From Syncephalis fuscata S228 (taxonomy: Eukaryota; Fungi; Zoopagomycota), in assembly GCA_025786725.1 (NCBI GenBank), contig JAHLTZ010000016.1:310001-374000 (forward strand): a stretch of DNA of 64,000 bases, read 5' to 3'. Below the pieces are notes generated by a model. It did no database searches, was not told the DNA's origin, and saw only the letters and a program-made list of their open reading frames with translations. This document shows positions 52,702-64,000 of this stretch, one piece after another (positions within the stretch are counted from its first letter, which is position 1; each line of letters opens with the position of its first letter). Position numbers and translations under genes: made by a program.

Positions 52702-54149
52702 ATGTCACTCTCATTTGGTCTTAATCTTACAAAAGGCAGTCGAAAGAAGCCTAATACTTCGTTTAATACCGCGAGTAAGGCAAGAAAGAAGCCGTCGAAT
52801 GTATTTGGCAATGCTTCTTCTTCCGACGATGATGATGAGGCTTATTTCAAAGAAGACGACACGTCAGAAGGAAAGGATAAAACTGGTCTAGATGAACAAA
52901 GAGCCGCACAACAACGCGTTAATCGCGATTTAAAACGACAAGCTCAATCAAGCAGTTCTAGTGGTGGTGCAGCAGGGAAAACACCAACCGAAGAAGATGC
53001 TTCAATCTATGCATATGATGAGATTTACGATGACATGAAAGCAGCAGAGAATCAACAACGTACAAAGCATAAGAGTAACGATAAAGAACGCAAGGTAATA
53101 CTAATGTAATAGCTAGTCTTAATACTTATTATATATACATATATATATATATATATAGCCACGATATATGACCGATTTAATGCGATCGGCTGAAGTAAGG
53201 AAAAAAGATTTAATGCGTGCTGAAGAACGTAAAATACAACGAGAAAGAGAGGCTGAAGGCAGTGCATTTGCTGATAAAGAGAAATTTGTAACAAGCGCGT
53301 AAGTTATTAATTTTAATATATGCATAAATGTGTATGTTATTAATCACATTGTCATTATATGTATTAGTTACAAGAAACAACAAGAGGAAATGCGTAAATA
53401 TGAAGAAGAGGTTCGACGACGTGAAGAAGGTAAGTTATAGAATAATCATAATAATCATAATAACCAATTAATAATCAATTAATGATTATTTAATTATATT
53501 ATTTAATTAAATAGCGGAAAGAATACAAGGTCAAGGGGATATTACCGGATTTTATAGAACAATGCTTGATCATACGGCAGAAACAAGATCAGCCGCATTG
53601 AAAGTAAGCCTTGAAGGGGCATCATCGATAACATTGTCGGAAGAACAAAAGAAAGAAAAGAAATCCATTAAGCAAAGTGGTGGCGACAATAACGATGAAG
53701 TAGAACGAGCAAGAGCAGCTGGATTAGACGTGCGATTGAATGCCGATAATGCTGTGATTGATAAACGTGAATTGTTATCGGCCGGTCTAAATATAAGTCG
53801 TAGTGCTCAATCTTATAGTGTACGTCAAGGAGTGGTTAATGCCCGAGCCCGTGATGAAGCAGCAGCAGCAGCCCATAAATTAGATGCAGATAAGAGAGCA
53901 CGGGCCGCCGAGGAACGAGAACGACGCCAAGCACTTGAACGGAAACGACGTGAAGATTGGCAAGAACAAATGGCCGAACGTAATGCGCAACAAGCCGCGG
54001 AACAAGCCGCAGAACAAACAGCCCTGGCTGAGAAATTGGCCCGCCGTACCACTACTGATCAAGTAAGCGATGCACGAGCACGATTTTTAGCTAGACAAGC
54101 AGCGAAGAAACAAGCCAAACCGGCCGATGAAGATAGTGATTCATCTTAA
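52702..54149 (+). CDS. NSRP1: Nuclear speckle splicing regulatory protein 1 (CCDC55/DUF2040 family)
   Basis: YAYDEIYDDMK, PRYM..L...AEVRK...ERKIQREREAEG..FADKEKFVTSAYK, and C-terminal ARARFLAR. Confidence 0.85.
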
Positions 54150-54365
54150 TTAATAATGATGACCTTTTCATTATCATTTCTGTATTAACTATACATAATA
54201 AATAGTAGTTGTTTTGATTACTAGATATAATAGTTTCAGAGTAACATTTTTGATTTTATTAAATCAATCCATTGTTTACTCGAATATAAAAGTGTAAATG
54301 CCAAATAACCACAACAGCAACAACAACAACAACCATAGCATAATTACACGCACACAATGTACCAT

Positions 54366-56248
54366 TTATTTCTAATTCAATAAATTAATAAATAACATTA
54401 ATTAACTAATTAATCAATTAATTACTTACCTTCTTTGGTGCATTTTTAACAAATGGTAAAAAGTCACGTCCACCCATATAAGGTTGTAATACGGTGGGCA
54501 CACGTACACCTTCAGGTGTTTGATAGTTTTCAATTACACAGCAAAGTGCACGTTCAGTGGCACAAAGTGTCGAGTTTAAGCAATGAACATACTTTTTCTC
54601 GCGATCTCCCATCTATTAATATTAATATATATTATATTAAGAATATATATATATATATTATTTATTAAACCAACCTTTTTACTGCCACAACGAATCTCCA
54701 AACGACGGCTTTGATAATCAGTACAGTTGGAACAGCTGACCAATTCCTTATAAGCACCTAGAATATAAATACATAGATTGATTGATAAATTGGTATGGTT
54801 ATCTATAGGTAATTAGCTAACCTTGGAATGGGAACCAAGCTTCCAAGTCAAACTTTTTAGCTGCTGCATTATTTAATGCACCTGAAACAATAGCCATAAC
54901 CCGATAAGACAAGCCCAACTATTAATAATATTGTTAATATTAACATATATTAATATACTACTACTTACTGATTGATAAAAGGCTTCACTTGTTTCAATCA
55001 TTTCATCAAACATTTCCCATGACTTTTCCGGTTCAGTTAGACAGAATTGTTCAATCTTTTCAAATTGATGTACACGGAAAATACCCCATGTATCTTTACC
55101 ATGAGCACCAGCCTCTTTACGGAAACAAGTAGAGTAACCAGCATATCTATACAATGGCATCAACAGATTAATCAAATCTATATTATACTATTCATATAAT
55201 ATATTACTTGATGGGCAATGTTTCGGATACTTTCTCGAACCATTCATTAGCATGGAAAGCAGAAATTGGCTGTTCAGAAGTAGCAATAAGGTATTTGTCA
55301 TCGCCATCACCAGTTACCTAATTAATAATATTATAAATATATTATTACCATATTATTATTAACGTATTATTATTTGCTATTTACTTTGTATAATTCTTCA
55401 TCAAATTGCTCCAATTGAGCAGTCTTGGCCATAACATCCTTCTTCATCATAAAAGGTGTTTGTAACTTCTTATAGTTACGCTTTCGAAGGAATTCCAAGC
55501 CATACATGATTAAAGCAAGGTTAAGATCAACACCATCGTTGGTCAAGAAGAATCCACGATGTCCAGCCACATTAGAGCCTAGTTAATTCATTATAGTTAT
55601 TATATTGTATTAATAACAACAACATAAATAGCCATCTTACCTCGTTCCGCATCAAATCCATCAAGTCGATAAAGTACTTCATGATGTGGTAGAATATCGG
55701 TACGATGTTCAGGTGTCTTGTCATCAACATTCCATGAACGAATCAATGCATTGTTGTCCTCATCCATACTAACTGGAACACTGTCATGTACTAAATTGCC
55801 CATACTTGCCAATTTAATCTTCCAAGCTGATTCAGACTCAGTAACTTGTGCTTCAAGGGAATCTTTTTCCTTTTGTTGGTATTCTTTTTTTCAATCAATT
55901 CACTGGCATCTTCTTTGGCCTATATTAAATAGTCCATTAGTAGATTAGTAGATTATATTATTAAATCTACTATTTTAACTTGCCTTCATTTTCTGTCCAA
56001 TTTCCTTCTTTATGGCATTCATGTTGCGATTAACTTGGTCTAGATCAAATCGCACTAAATATTTATATATTATATTAAGTATATATTGATTAATAGCCAT
56101 TATGTTGACACCTACCACGGGTCCAAGTCTTGTAGAGCTCAATCACTTCATCAACGACTTCAACTGGGGCACCACGACGGCGTTGGGATTCACGCACCAA
56201 CTCGGGATTGCCACCCTTATCTTCAAATAGAATATTGACATCCAACAT
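54366..56248 (-). CDS. SES1: Cytosolic seryl-tRNA synthetase (multi-exon)
   Basis: [90 protein letters not shown] and [12 protein letters not shown]. Confidence 0.96.
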
Positions 56249-56422
56249 GGCGATTCACTATGAATAGATAATAGGTACGATCAATATATATATATATATA
56301 TAAATAGAAACCAAAAGAAAGAAAGAAAGAAAGTAAGAAAAGTCAAAGATGTTAATTATAAAAACTATCCAGTTTATATCGGCGACATAATTAGTATACA
56401 AACACTACAACACTTACTTATT

Positions 56423-56450
56423 CACTTACCACTTACCACTTACCACTTAC
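56423..56450. repeat. (CACTTAC)4 heptamer repeat in the SES1/NDUFA13 divergent promoter
   Basis: Four perfect tandem copies. Confidence 0.85.
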
Positions 56451-56537
56451 CATACACGGCTCCTTTTCTTTACTCTTCTTCCTTGCTATTGGTCTTTACT
56501 ACCACTATTGCTACTACTATATACGTGTTATAGTATC

Positions 56538-56993
56538 ATGGCGAGTCAAGAACTACCACGTCCAGGAGGCTTTCCCGCTATCCGCTATCAACGCACCTTG
56601 CCTAACCGTGGACCGTCTGGATTTGTACTAATCGCTGGTCTTTCGGCCTTTTGCGGCTATGGATTCTATCATGTGATTCAATCTATTAAAGAAACAAAGT
56701 AGGCAAGACCAATGGTAATATAGTAGTCACTACTAATAACAAATACGTGTTTATTGATGAGTAGCGAGATTAAGCGCGAGAAACTATGGGCGCGTATTCA
56801 TCTAGTGCCTATGCTACAAGCCGAGACAGATCGCGATCACTATCGACGAGAACAAGCACTGCAGGCTGAAGAGGCTGAACTAATGAAGAATGTACCAGGA
56901 TGGGAAGTCAATGCCAAGGGAGGTGCCTCGTCAGTCTACAATACAGATCGATATGTGCCTCGTACTATTATTGCCAAACCTGAGACTAAATAA
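56538..56993 (+). CDS. NDUFA13: NADH:ubiquinone oxidoreductase subunit A13 (GRIM-19/B16.6); exons 56538-56698, 56765-56993
   Basis: QELPRPGGFPAIRYQRTLPNRGPSG, a transmembrane helix, REKLWARIHLVPMLQAETDR and MKNVPGWEV. Confidence 0.94.
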
Positions 56994-57267
56994 CAATGAT
57001 TTCTAGTTATTACAATCATTTATAAATTATAACCGAATGAATATAGTCATCGTATTAATAGTCATTGTATTAATAGTCATTGTATTGTATATAATACATT
57101 TATTTATTGTAAAGTGACATGTCACGATCAGCATCACAATAATGTAATATTTATAATATGGAGTGTGTAAAATCATAATGATGATGATTAAAAGACTAAC
57201 CAACCATTGAGTGGAACCTTCTGTTTCTCTTCTCTATCACTTCTTTCGTATTTCTTCCAAGTTCATC

Positions 57268-60200
57268 ATGGGTGCAGCAGAAAGTAAGCTTGCATTTCGT
57301 AAAAGCATATTTCGTTTGGCCGAGGAACAGGTAAGATAGAGTTTATTAGTGCACTATAGACAGCAGAGGGGAACAAGTATTGTAGGGTTGAATTGACACT
57401 AACCTATGAATCTATTACACACCTCCTTTCTATAGCGTATACCTAAAGATAACGATGCTTTCTGGTCACAGGTAATAACCAATAGAGCGATAGTAGCGGT
57501 AGTAGGAATAGGAGGATAATAAGCATTGAAGCCATAAGTTACTGTTCAGTTCATACTAATCGTTTTTGTATTGGTAATATAGTTTTGGACGGTGCCTGAA
57601 AATGCTGAAGATGTATTTGCCCTAGTGACCCCCGTTGATATTCGACGTATACGTGATCAGTCACGTAGTAACTTTATTACATTAATAGAGAAGGTATGTA
57701 GACGTGTATTCGATATAGACTATAGACTATAGACTATAGAGTATTTATACTGTTAATAGACTATTGATCAAATGCTACGGATTATGCATGCCCCCGGCTA
57801 TCCATCGCCTGTACATTCAGTTGAGGCCTTGTTGAATACAATACGTTTATTGACTCGGTTACTGCCATTTCTATTTGAAATGATGCCTGATGATGCACTT
57901 GAATCCAAGCTATTTTGGACAAAGAGTAGCGATGATGCTAATGTTAATAGCAATAATTCAATGGTAATTAACATAAATAATAGTATAGTATAGCCAAGTA
58001 GCTTATAATATGTTATAAAAGAAGAATGAATTATTAGGCGAACAATTAATGATAGCAGCTATTGATTTGTTATTTCTTAAAGAATTAACCCTGCCATCTA
58101 CTGAAGCAACTCGTCAAAGCAGAGTTAACTATTTGATATGGTACTGTTATATATATATATATATATGTTATAGTTCATTATAATAAAATTAACCTATATG
58201 TATATTAGGGAACGAGGTATTGCCATGAAGAACGATGTTATATTGTCAAAGGAAATACAACAACATCGAATTGAAGTACTTCGTCTAGTTCTATGTCTAT
58301 TATCCAAGGCTATGTATGCCACACCTGGTAATCTATTGAATTGTATATTAATATTATTCCATGCTTACCATGACTAGATGGTCATAAGAAAAATCGGTGG
58401 TTGACAACTGTATCGGCTTGTACGGATAAAAAAGCCAAAATGGCATTGCTATGTAGTCTATTAAATACAGTAGCCAATTATGGTAGTGGTCGATGGCAAT
58501 TACCGTAAGTTGTTTCTAGTATATATATATATATATATATAAAAAGTAGATTATTAAATAATTCATTTAGTTATCAACACGTCATGTTTCATGATAATCA
58601 ACAACAATTGGCCACATTATCTGCTCAAGTATTATTGGTATTATTGGATCAACAAGTTGTATATAGTCAAGACTTTTTATTGGCCTCTCCTACACAATCA
58701 CTTTTCTCAATTACTGGTGGAGATGACGATGACGATGAAGATGAAGATGAAGGTGGTGGAAGACAAGAAATGCAGGAAAGTGATGCTGTGCCATTAGTAT
58801 CACGTTCTAGAAATCCCTCTACTATATCTGAAGTATCTACAGCTGTGTAAGTTTAACGGTTAAATATATACACTAAAGACTAATAGTTTATAATTAGATC
58901 TAGCCATTCTGCTAAAGTAAGTTATTGTATAATCAATAATTAATAATCAATAATTAATAATACGGTTTAAATAGGACAATTTATTCCAATTTTATTTGGC
59001 TCGTTTACATCGACCTCAAGATTTACAATATTTGTCTGATGAACTTTATCGTATTATTAGTCAACCACTAAAGGTATGAATATAAATAGATGGTTGATTT
59101 ATATCCATATTTAATGTCATATAGGCTAGAAATAGTTACTTGCCCAATTCAGCTCAGCCGGTTACTTTTCAATTAGAAGCTATTCTATTATTTTGGCATT
59201 TATATCTAAACAACGAGGTAATAATGATATTATGTTGTATATATATATCATAGTATATTATAGAGTATATTATTAATATTAATACAATAACTATTAGAAA
59301 TTCAAACAACAAGTACTTAATACACATGTGGCTGATCTATCAATTGCTATACTTTATACGGCACTGGCTCATAAATTAGATCCAGGTATTATATTTATAT
59401 ATTATAGATTACTATTAAATATTTAACCATTAACTAATACTATTTATATAGCGCAAATAGGTCTAGTACGACTATGTGTCTGTGTATTGCAGTCGTTTTC
59501 GTCAGAACCCAAGTTTGGTAAAGCACTTAATAAGATATTTGTTGATGAAACAAATTTGCCTGCCGTTGCTCGAATTCCCTCTTTTAGTGGTACATTTGCC
59601 GATTACTTGATTATTGTAAGTAAATAGTAATATTAGTTTATTAATAGTATTAACTAATCATGATTATCCCATTAGTCGGTCAATACGCTGATTACATCAA
59701 CGCGTAACACACTTTCCAGTTTATATGAGCCACTTTTATCTATTCTCTGTAATCTATCCCCTATTTCATGAATGTGTCAGTTGTAGCAGCACACAAACTG
59801 GTACAATTACTTAACATATTCTCGTCACCTGCTATGCTATTGGCCGATCGACATCATCCACGTCGACTAATTCTAATGGCGGATACACTCGACCGTGTTG
59901 TGCAATACGGATTCAAAGGTAAATATACGATTATGAGTATAATATAGATTGATATCAACACTGTATAGATAATCCGCATGTAATCTATGCCATTGTGAGA
60001 GCCAATGATAAGATTAGACTATTAAAAAACTTTACTTTGAATCGCATTCGTCAAACTAACAACACAACGGTCATGGTCAGTCGTAGTGATAGCAATAGCC
60101 ATAGAGGTCGTGAAAATGAAGCGAATAGAGATGAACACCAAGAAGAAACAGAAATGGGAGAAGCAAACGTATCACCGTCATCTTCGGCCTCGACTACGCG

Positions 60201-60926
60201 TAGAACACATGATACTGCTCCATCACCGCTTTCTGCAAAAGCATTGGGCAAATTACCAGTTGGTACATTGCCTACTAGTACACCCAGTACACCCATCACA
60301 CCTATTACACCTACTTCAATCTATCTTGGTGGTAATAATACATCGAATAATTTTGTACCAACTGAAGAATGGGTAATTAGCTAATAGCAATCAATTTGTT
60401 AACTTGTACTGATATCGCATTGATATAGGTGGCTAGCTGGCTACCCAAAGTGAAATTAGATAGATTACTACACATGTTGGATGTTGTAGTGCCTCAAGTG
60501 GAAGCATTGTGCTCCAATGGACGTTTAACAAGTGATCAAGAGATATTGGTCCTGTTAAGATCAAGCGACTTATTGGAAGCAGTCTATCCTCGGCAAGAGG
60601 TGCCGTCCAATGGCGATAGCGATGAAGAGCAAAGGGAAAGGGAAGATGATACCAATACCGAAAAGACACAACTACCCACAAGACCATTTCAATGGAATAA
60701 TCGTGTAGCTCATTGGTGTCGGTCTCTATTATGGGGACATGTATATACAATGTATCGAGCACCGATTGGTCTATGGCAAGGTACTACAGTTCAGCTATTC
60801 CAAGTTAAATCAGCTATGACATCACCATCGAGCAGTACTATCACCAATAGCAGTACCCATGATAGTAGCAATGCTCCGACTGTGAACACCAGCAGTGATA
60901 ACACGAATACTAATACAAATCCTTGA
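57268..60926 (+). CDS. HID1: HID1/Ecm30 family Golgi protein (multi-exon)
   Basis: Myristoylation-type start MGAAESKLAFRKSIFRL; EDVF...DIR..RD; IRLLTRLLPFLFE; LARLHR..D; F.PTEEW..SWLPK..L; C-terminal GLWQGTTVQLF. Confidence 0.88.
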
Positions 60927-61766
60927 ATGCATTACAATAAAGCCATTATTAATTCACGTGTAAAGTCAATTGTATAGATCATTCAATTTGTTGCCCATTT
61001 AAAGATTTCGGCTTGTTTGATGTCCATGTTTAACATCTTGTACGATCATTGAAATGATTCGACCAATAAAGCACCTTATCGCCCCTCAAATCAGCGCGCC
61101 CCATATTTTATTCGCCCCGCATGGACATAGTGATTGGGTTTTTGAACACTGTTACACACTCATGGGTGCTAGTAAGTAAGAGGCCAGGTATAGCAATTTA
61201 GCTTGAGGTAGCAGATACCGTACTTCAACGGCCTTTACTATTCAACTCAAACGCGTCCTTTTTTTTCGCTTTTTAAGCAATTTAATCATATATGAAACAC
61301 GTGAACCGTATCGGCTGCATGTTTATTAATACATTGATGGTGAATGTACCACGTGTAGGTTAGGCGTAATAATCTGGAGCACTTTTATACCAAAAGATGT
61401 CATTGTTTCTGCTTCACACTCTTCCTACGAGGAAAATTGAGCACCATCGTGGCTATTTGCCCATTACAATGTTTACAGATTGATTGAAATAAAAATAGAT
61501 CGTATATAGAAAGAGCGTCTTGTAGTATTTATTTGTTTCCATACTCAAAGTCCATCCTACCATTATCATTTCATTTATAAGTGGCATTTACAACCTCTGT
61601 TTAACGAATATCAGTGTGCCAGCAAATTTACGTTCTTATTACTCTTATTCACTTGACGATAACCGTGAATATTGATTCAATTTTAAATATATCTACATCT
61701 GCTGATTTACAGGATCTAAAACAAAACAATACTTATTAAAGCTCAAATCCAGGCTGCTCTACATCT

Positions 61767-64000
61767 ATGAAGCTATTAGCCGTTGCCATCGCAAGTCTGC
61801 TGGCTTGCCAAACAGAGGCTACGTCGCTTAAAGATGCACCAATGACAGATGCATTTGCGTTTTTTTCCAAACTTCAAGCACCTAGCGCGTATTATGGTGA
61901 CCGCGAATCTACATCGACCACCGATGATGATGTACTTGTAGTGCCAACGGAATACGGTAGAATAAGAGGCAAGATTGCTCGTATATCGTTGACTTCACGT
62001 GTAATGGACAAAGTACTTGGCTGGACGAATAAGTATAAACTTGATGCCAAACAATATCCGCGTTCTTTCCAAGGGTAAATAGGAGTGATGTTGTACATCG
62101 GTAACACTAACTAGTCTGTAGAATACCGTTTGCCGCGCCACCTATTGGCGAAAACCGTTTTAAACATCCACAGCCCTTTAATGCAAGCTGGGGTGGCATT
62201 AGAGCTGATGGTAGCACATATGGCAAAATACGCGATGCTACCGTCTTAGGCAATGAATGTCCACAGCCATTTCCGCCATTTTCACAAAGTGAAGACTGTC
62301 TCCACCTTAATGTATATACACCATCGGCCAAACGTATCAAGGAACTTGGCGGTCGAGTTGCTGTTATGTTTTGGCTATATCCGGGCGCGTATATTGTCGG
62401 CGGCTCCTATCAGTATGGCTTCTACGATGGCGCGTATTTAGCCGAGAAAAAAGACGTTATTGTAGTGACCTCGAACTATCGTATGGGACCACTTGGCTTC
62501 TTGGCGGCGAGCGATGACCATGCCAATGCGGGTATTGTCGACCAGGCAAAAGCACTAGAGTGGGTTAAGCGTAATATTGCTTCATTTGGTGGCGATCCGG
62601 ATAATATAACACTTTGGGGCCTAAGTGCCGGTGCTTACTCGGTGCTGATCCATATGACGTCGCCCGCCACACCGCCGGGTCTATTTCATCGGGCTATCAT
62701 GCAAAGTCCACCGATTGGTCATCGCGTTCGTTCACGACATGACATAGAAGCAGAGAATATGAAATTGGCCAAGCAGATGCGCTGTAGCATTCCAGTTAGT
62801 AGTGGAAATGTGATTGATATGGCTTGCCTGCAAAAAGTTTCATGGAAAGCAATCGTTGCTGCATCGGCATTATGTATCACTTATGGTACACCTGGTATTA
62901 AAGAAATCACCGATGAATTCAAGGTATTTGCGCGATTAAGTTTGCATTAGCCTAGACTAATTTGTGTTTTAGTGGTGGCCATATCGTGATGGTAAAATTA
63001 TTACTGATGAACCAAGAAATCTTATTTTATCAGGTCATTACAAAGATGTACCGATCATCATTGGATCCACCAAGTAAGCGACTAGCAATAGTTTAAATGT
63101 CATTTGTTTATTCATTTGTGTTAGAGATGAAGCAGGCCTATGGAGTATGCTATTTAGCCTACCAGTTATCAAAAAGGTTATTGGCTCGCACAACGATTAT
63201 ACGGTCAAAGGGTACATGGAACGTATTACCCGAGTGTTTGGTAATTTTTCTGAACAAGTAAGTATAAGCACATTTATTTTATTAGCAATATTGAATTATT
63301 TTTTAACAAAATATGCTATTAGTATTTGGAATTGTATCCAATCAAGAAAAATGATGTGGAAATCGAGGTGGAAACATCCAACGGTGGCACTGATATTGTC
63401 TGGCGTTGCCCAATCGACCGAGTAAGTCGATAGATAACTAGATATTGTTTAATCATTAACACATTTTTCCTCAAATTAATACAATCATTAGACAATGGCT
63501 TCAATAGCAAAACGTGGCGCGACCGTATACGTGTATGAATTTTTGCAGAAAAGCAAAAAGCCATGGTTTGGTAAGCAAAAACAGTTTATTTCAGAGTTAT
63601 CTACTAATACGTTTATTACAGGAATGTGCTTGCATCGTAGCTGCCACATGGGTGATTTAGTGCAGACATGGAAAAAAGATCACAATATAGTAAGTGCTGT
63701 ATTTACATACCAATATAATGTACTAACAACGTATGTTATATAGCTTCTTGATAAAGAACAAGAGAAAATTGGTGATGATATCCAAACTTATTGGACTAAT
63801 TTTGCCAAAACTGGTATGTAACGATTTGCGTCCTAAAATGTACTATACTAATGAGCATTCAAATTACTAGGTAATCCCAACACGGATATTCCATTAAGAA
63901 ATTCGTTACAAGAATCTCGACTGAACTGGCCTCGGTTTGATGAAAATAAGCGACTTCGTTTAAATCTCGACGATCAGCTAGCGGTGACTTCCAATAAATA
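61767..64000 (+). CDS. Secreted type-B carboxylesterase/lipase (alpha/beta hydrolase); runs off the window
   Basis: Signal peptide; GIPFAAPPIG..RF; SEDCLHLNVYTP; NYRMGPLGFL; FGGDPDNITLWGLSAGA (GxSxG); H-M-G-D-L His motif; YWTNFAKTGNPN. Confidence 0.92.

Noticed and set aside
55885-55891. Programmed -1 ribosomal frameshift at an A7 run in seryl-tRNA synthetase
   Set aside because: The same-polarity deficits occur in unrelated short C and A runs elsewhere, so assembly error is more parsimonious.
1-64000. Transposons, tRNA or rRNA genes
   Set aside because: No transposase or reverse transcriptase motifs, terminal repeats or recognisable structural RNA were seen by eye. A tRNAscan-SE or Infernal run would be needed to exclude small RNAs.

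Overview
Intron-rich, AT-rich eukaryotic DNA from a fungus. Introns are mostly 50-100 nt (GT-AG, occasionally GC-AG) with CTAA-type branch sites. This style suggests an early-diverging lineage such as Zoopagomycota or Mucoromycota, which is inference only. The left ~37 kb is a cluster of seven PacC/Rim101-family three-finger C2H2 transcription factor paralogs separated by long regulatory regions rich in GCCAAG sites. Inside the cluster (24485-25222), and absent from the ORF track, is a small secreted-peptide gene whose C-terminal half is built from six 3-nt micro-exons and one 15-nt exon, all in phase 1. It encodes MRLSLAVVCILVVAFVVNTAMVDANPNRIRRALVPLIRRADFA and is the most striking element in the window. 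The right ~26 kb holds ASH2, a secreted protein with a hidden (PHR)n repeat, a 3-KH RNA-binding protein, an Nrc-2/Fpk1-type kinase, NSRP1, seryl-tRNA synthetase, NDUFA13, HID1/ECM30 and a carboxylesterase. Several genes show single-base deficits in homopolymers, most likely assembly errors. All exon structures were deduced by eye.
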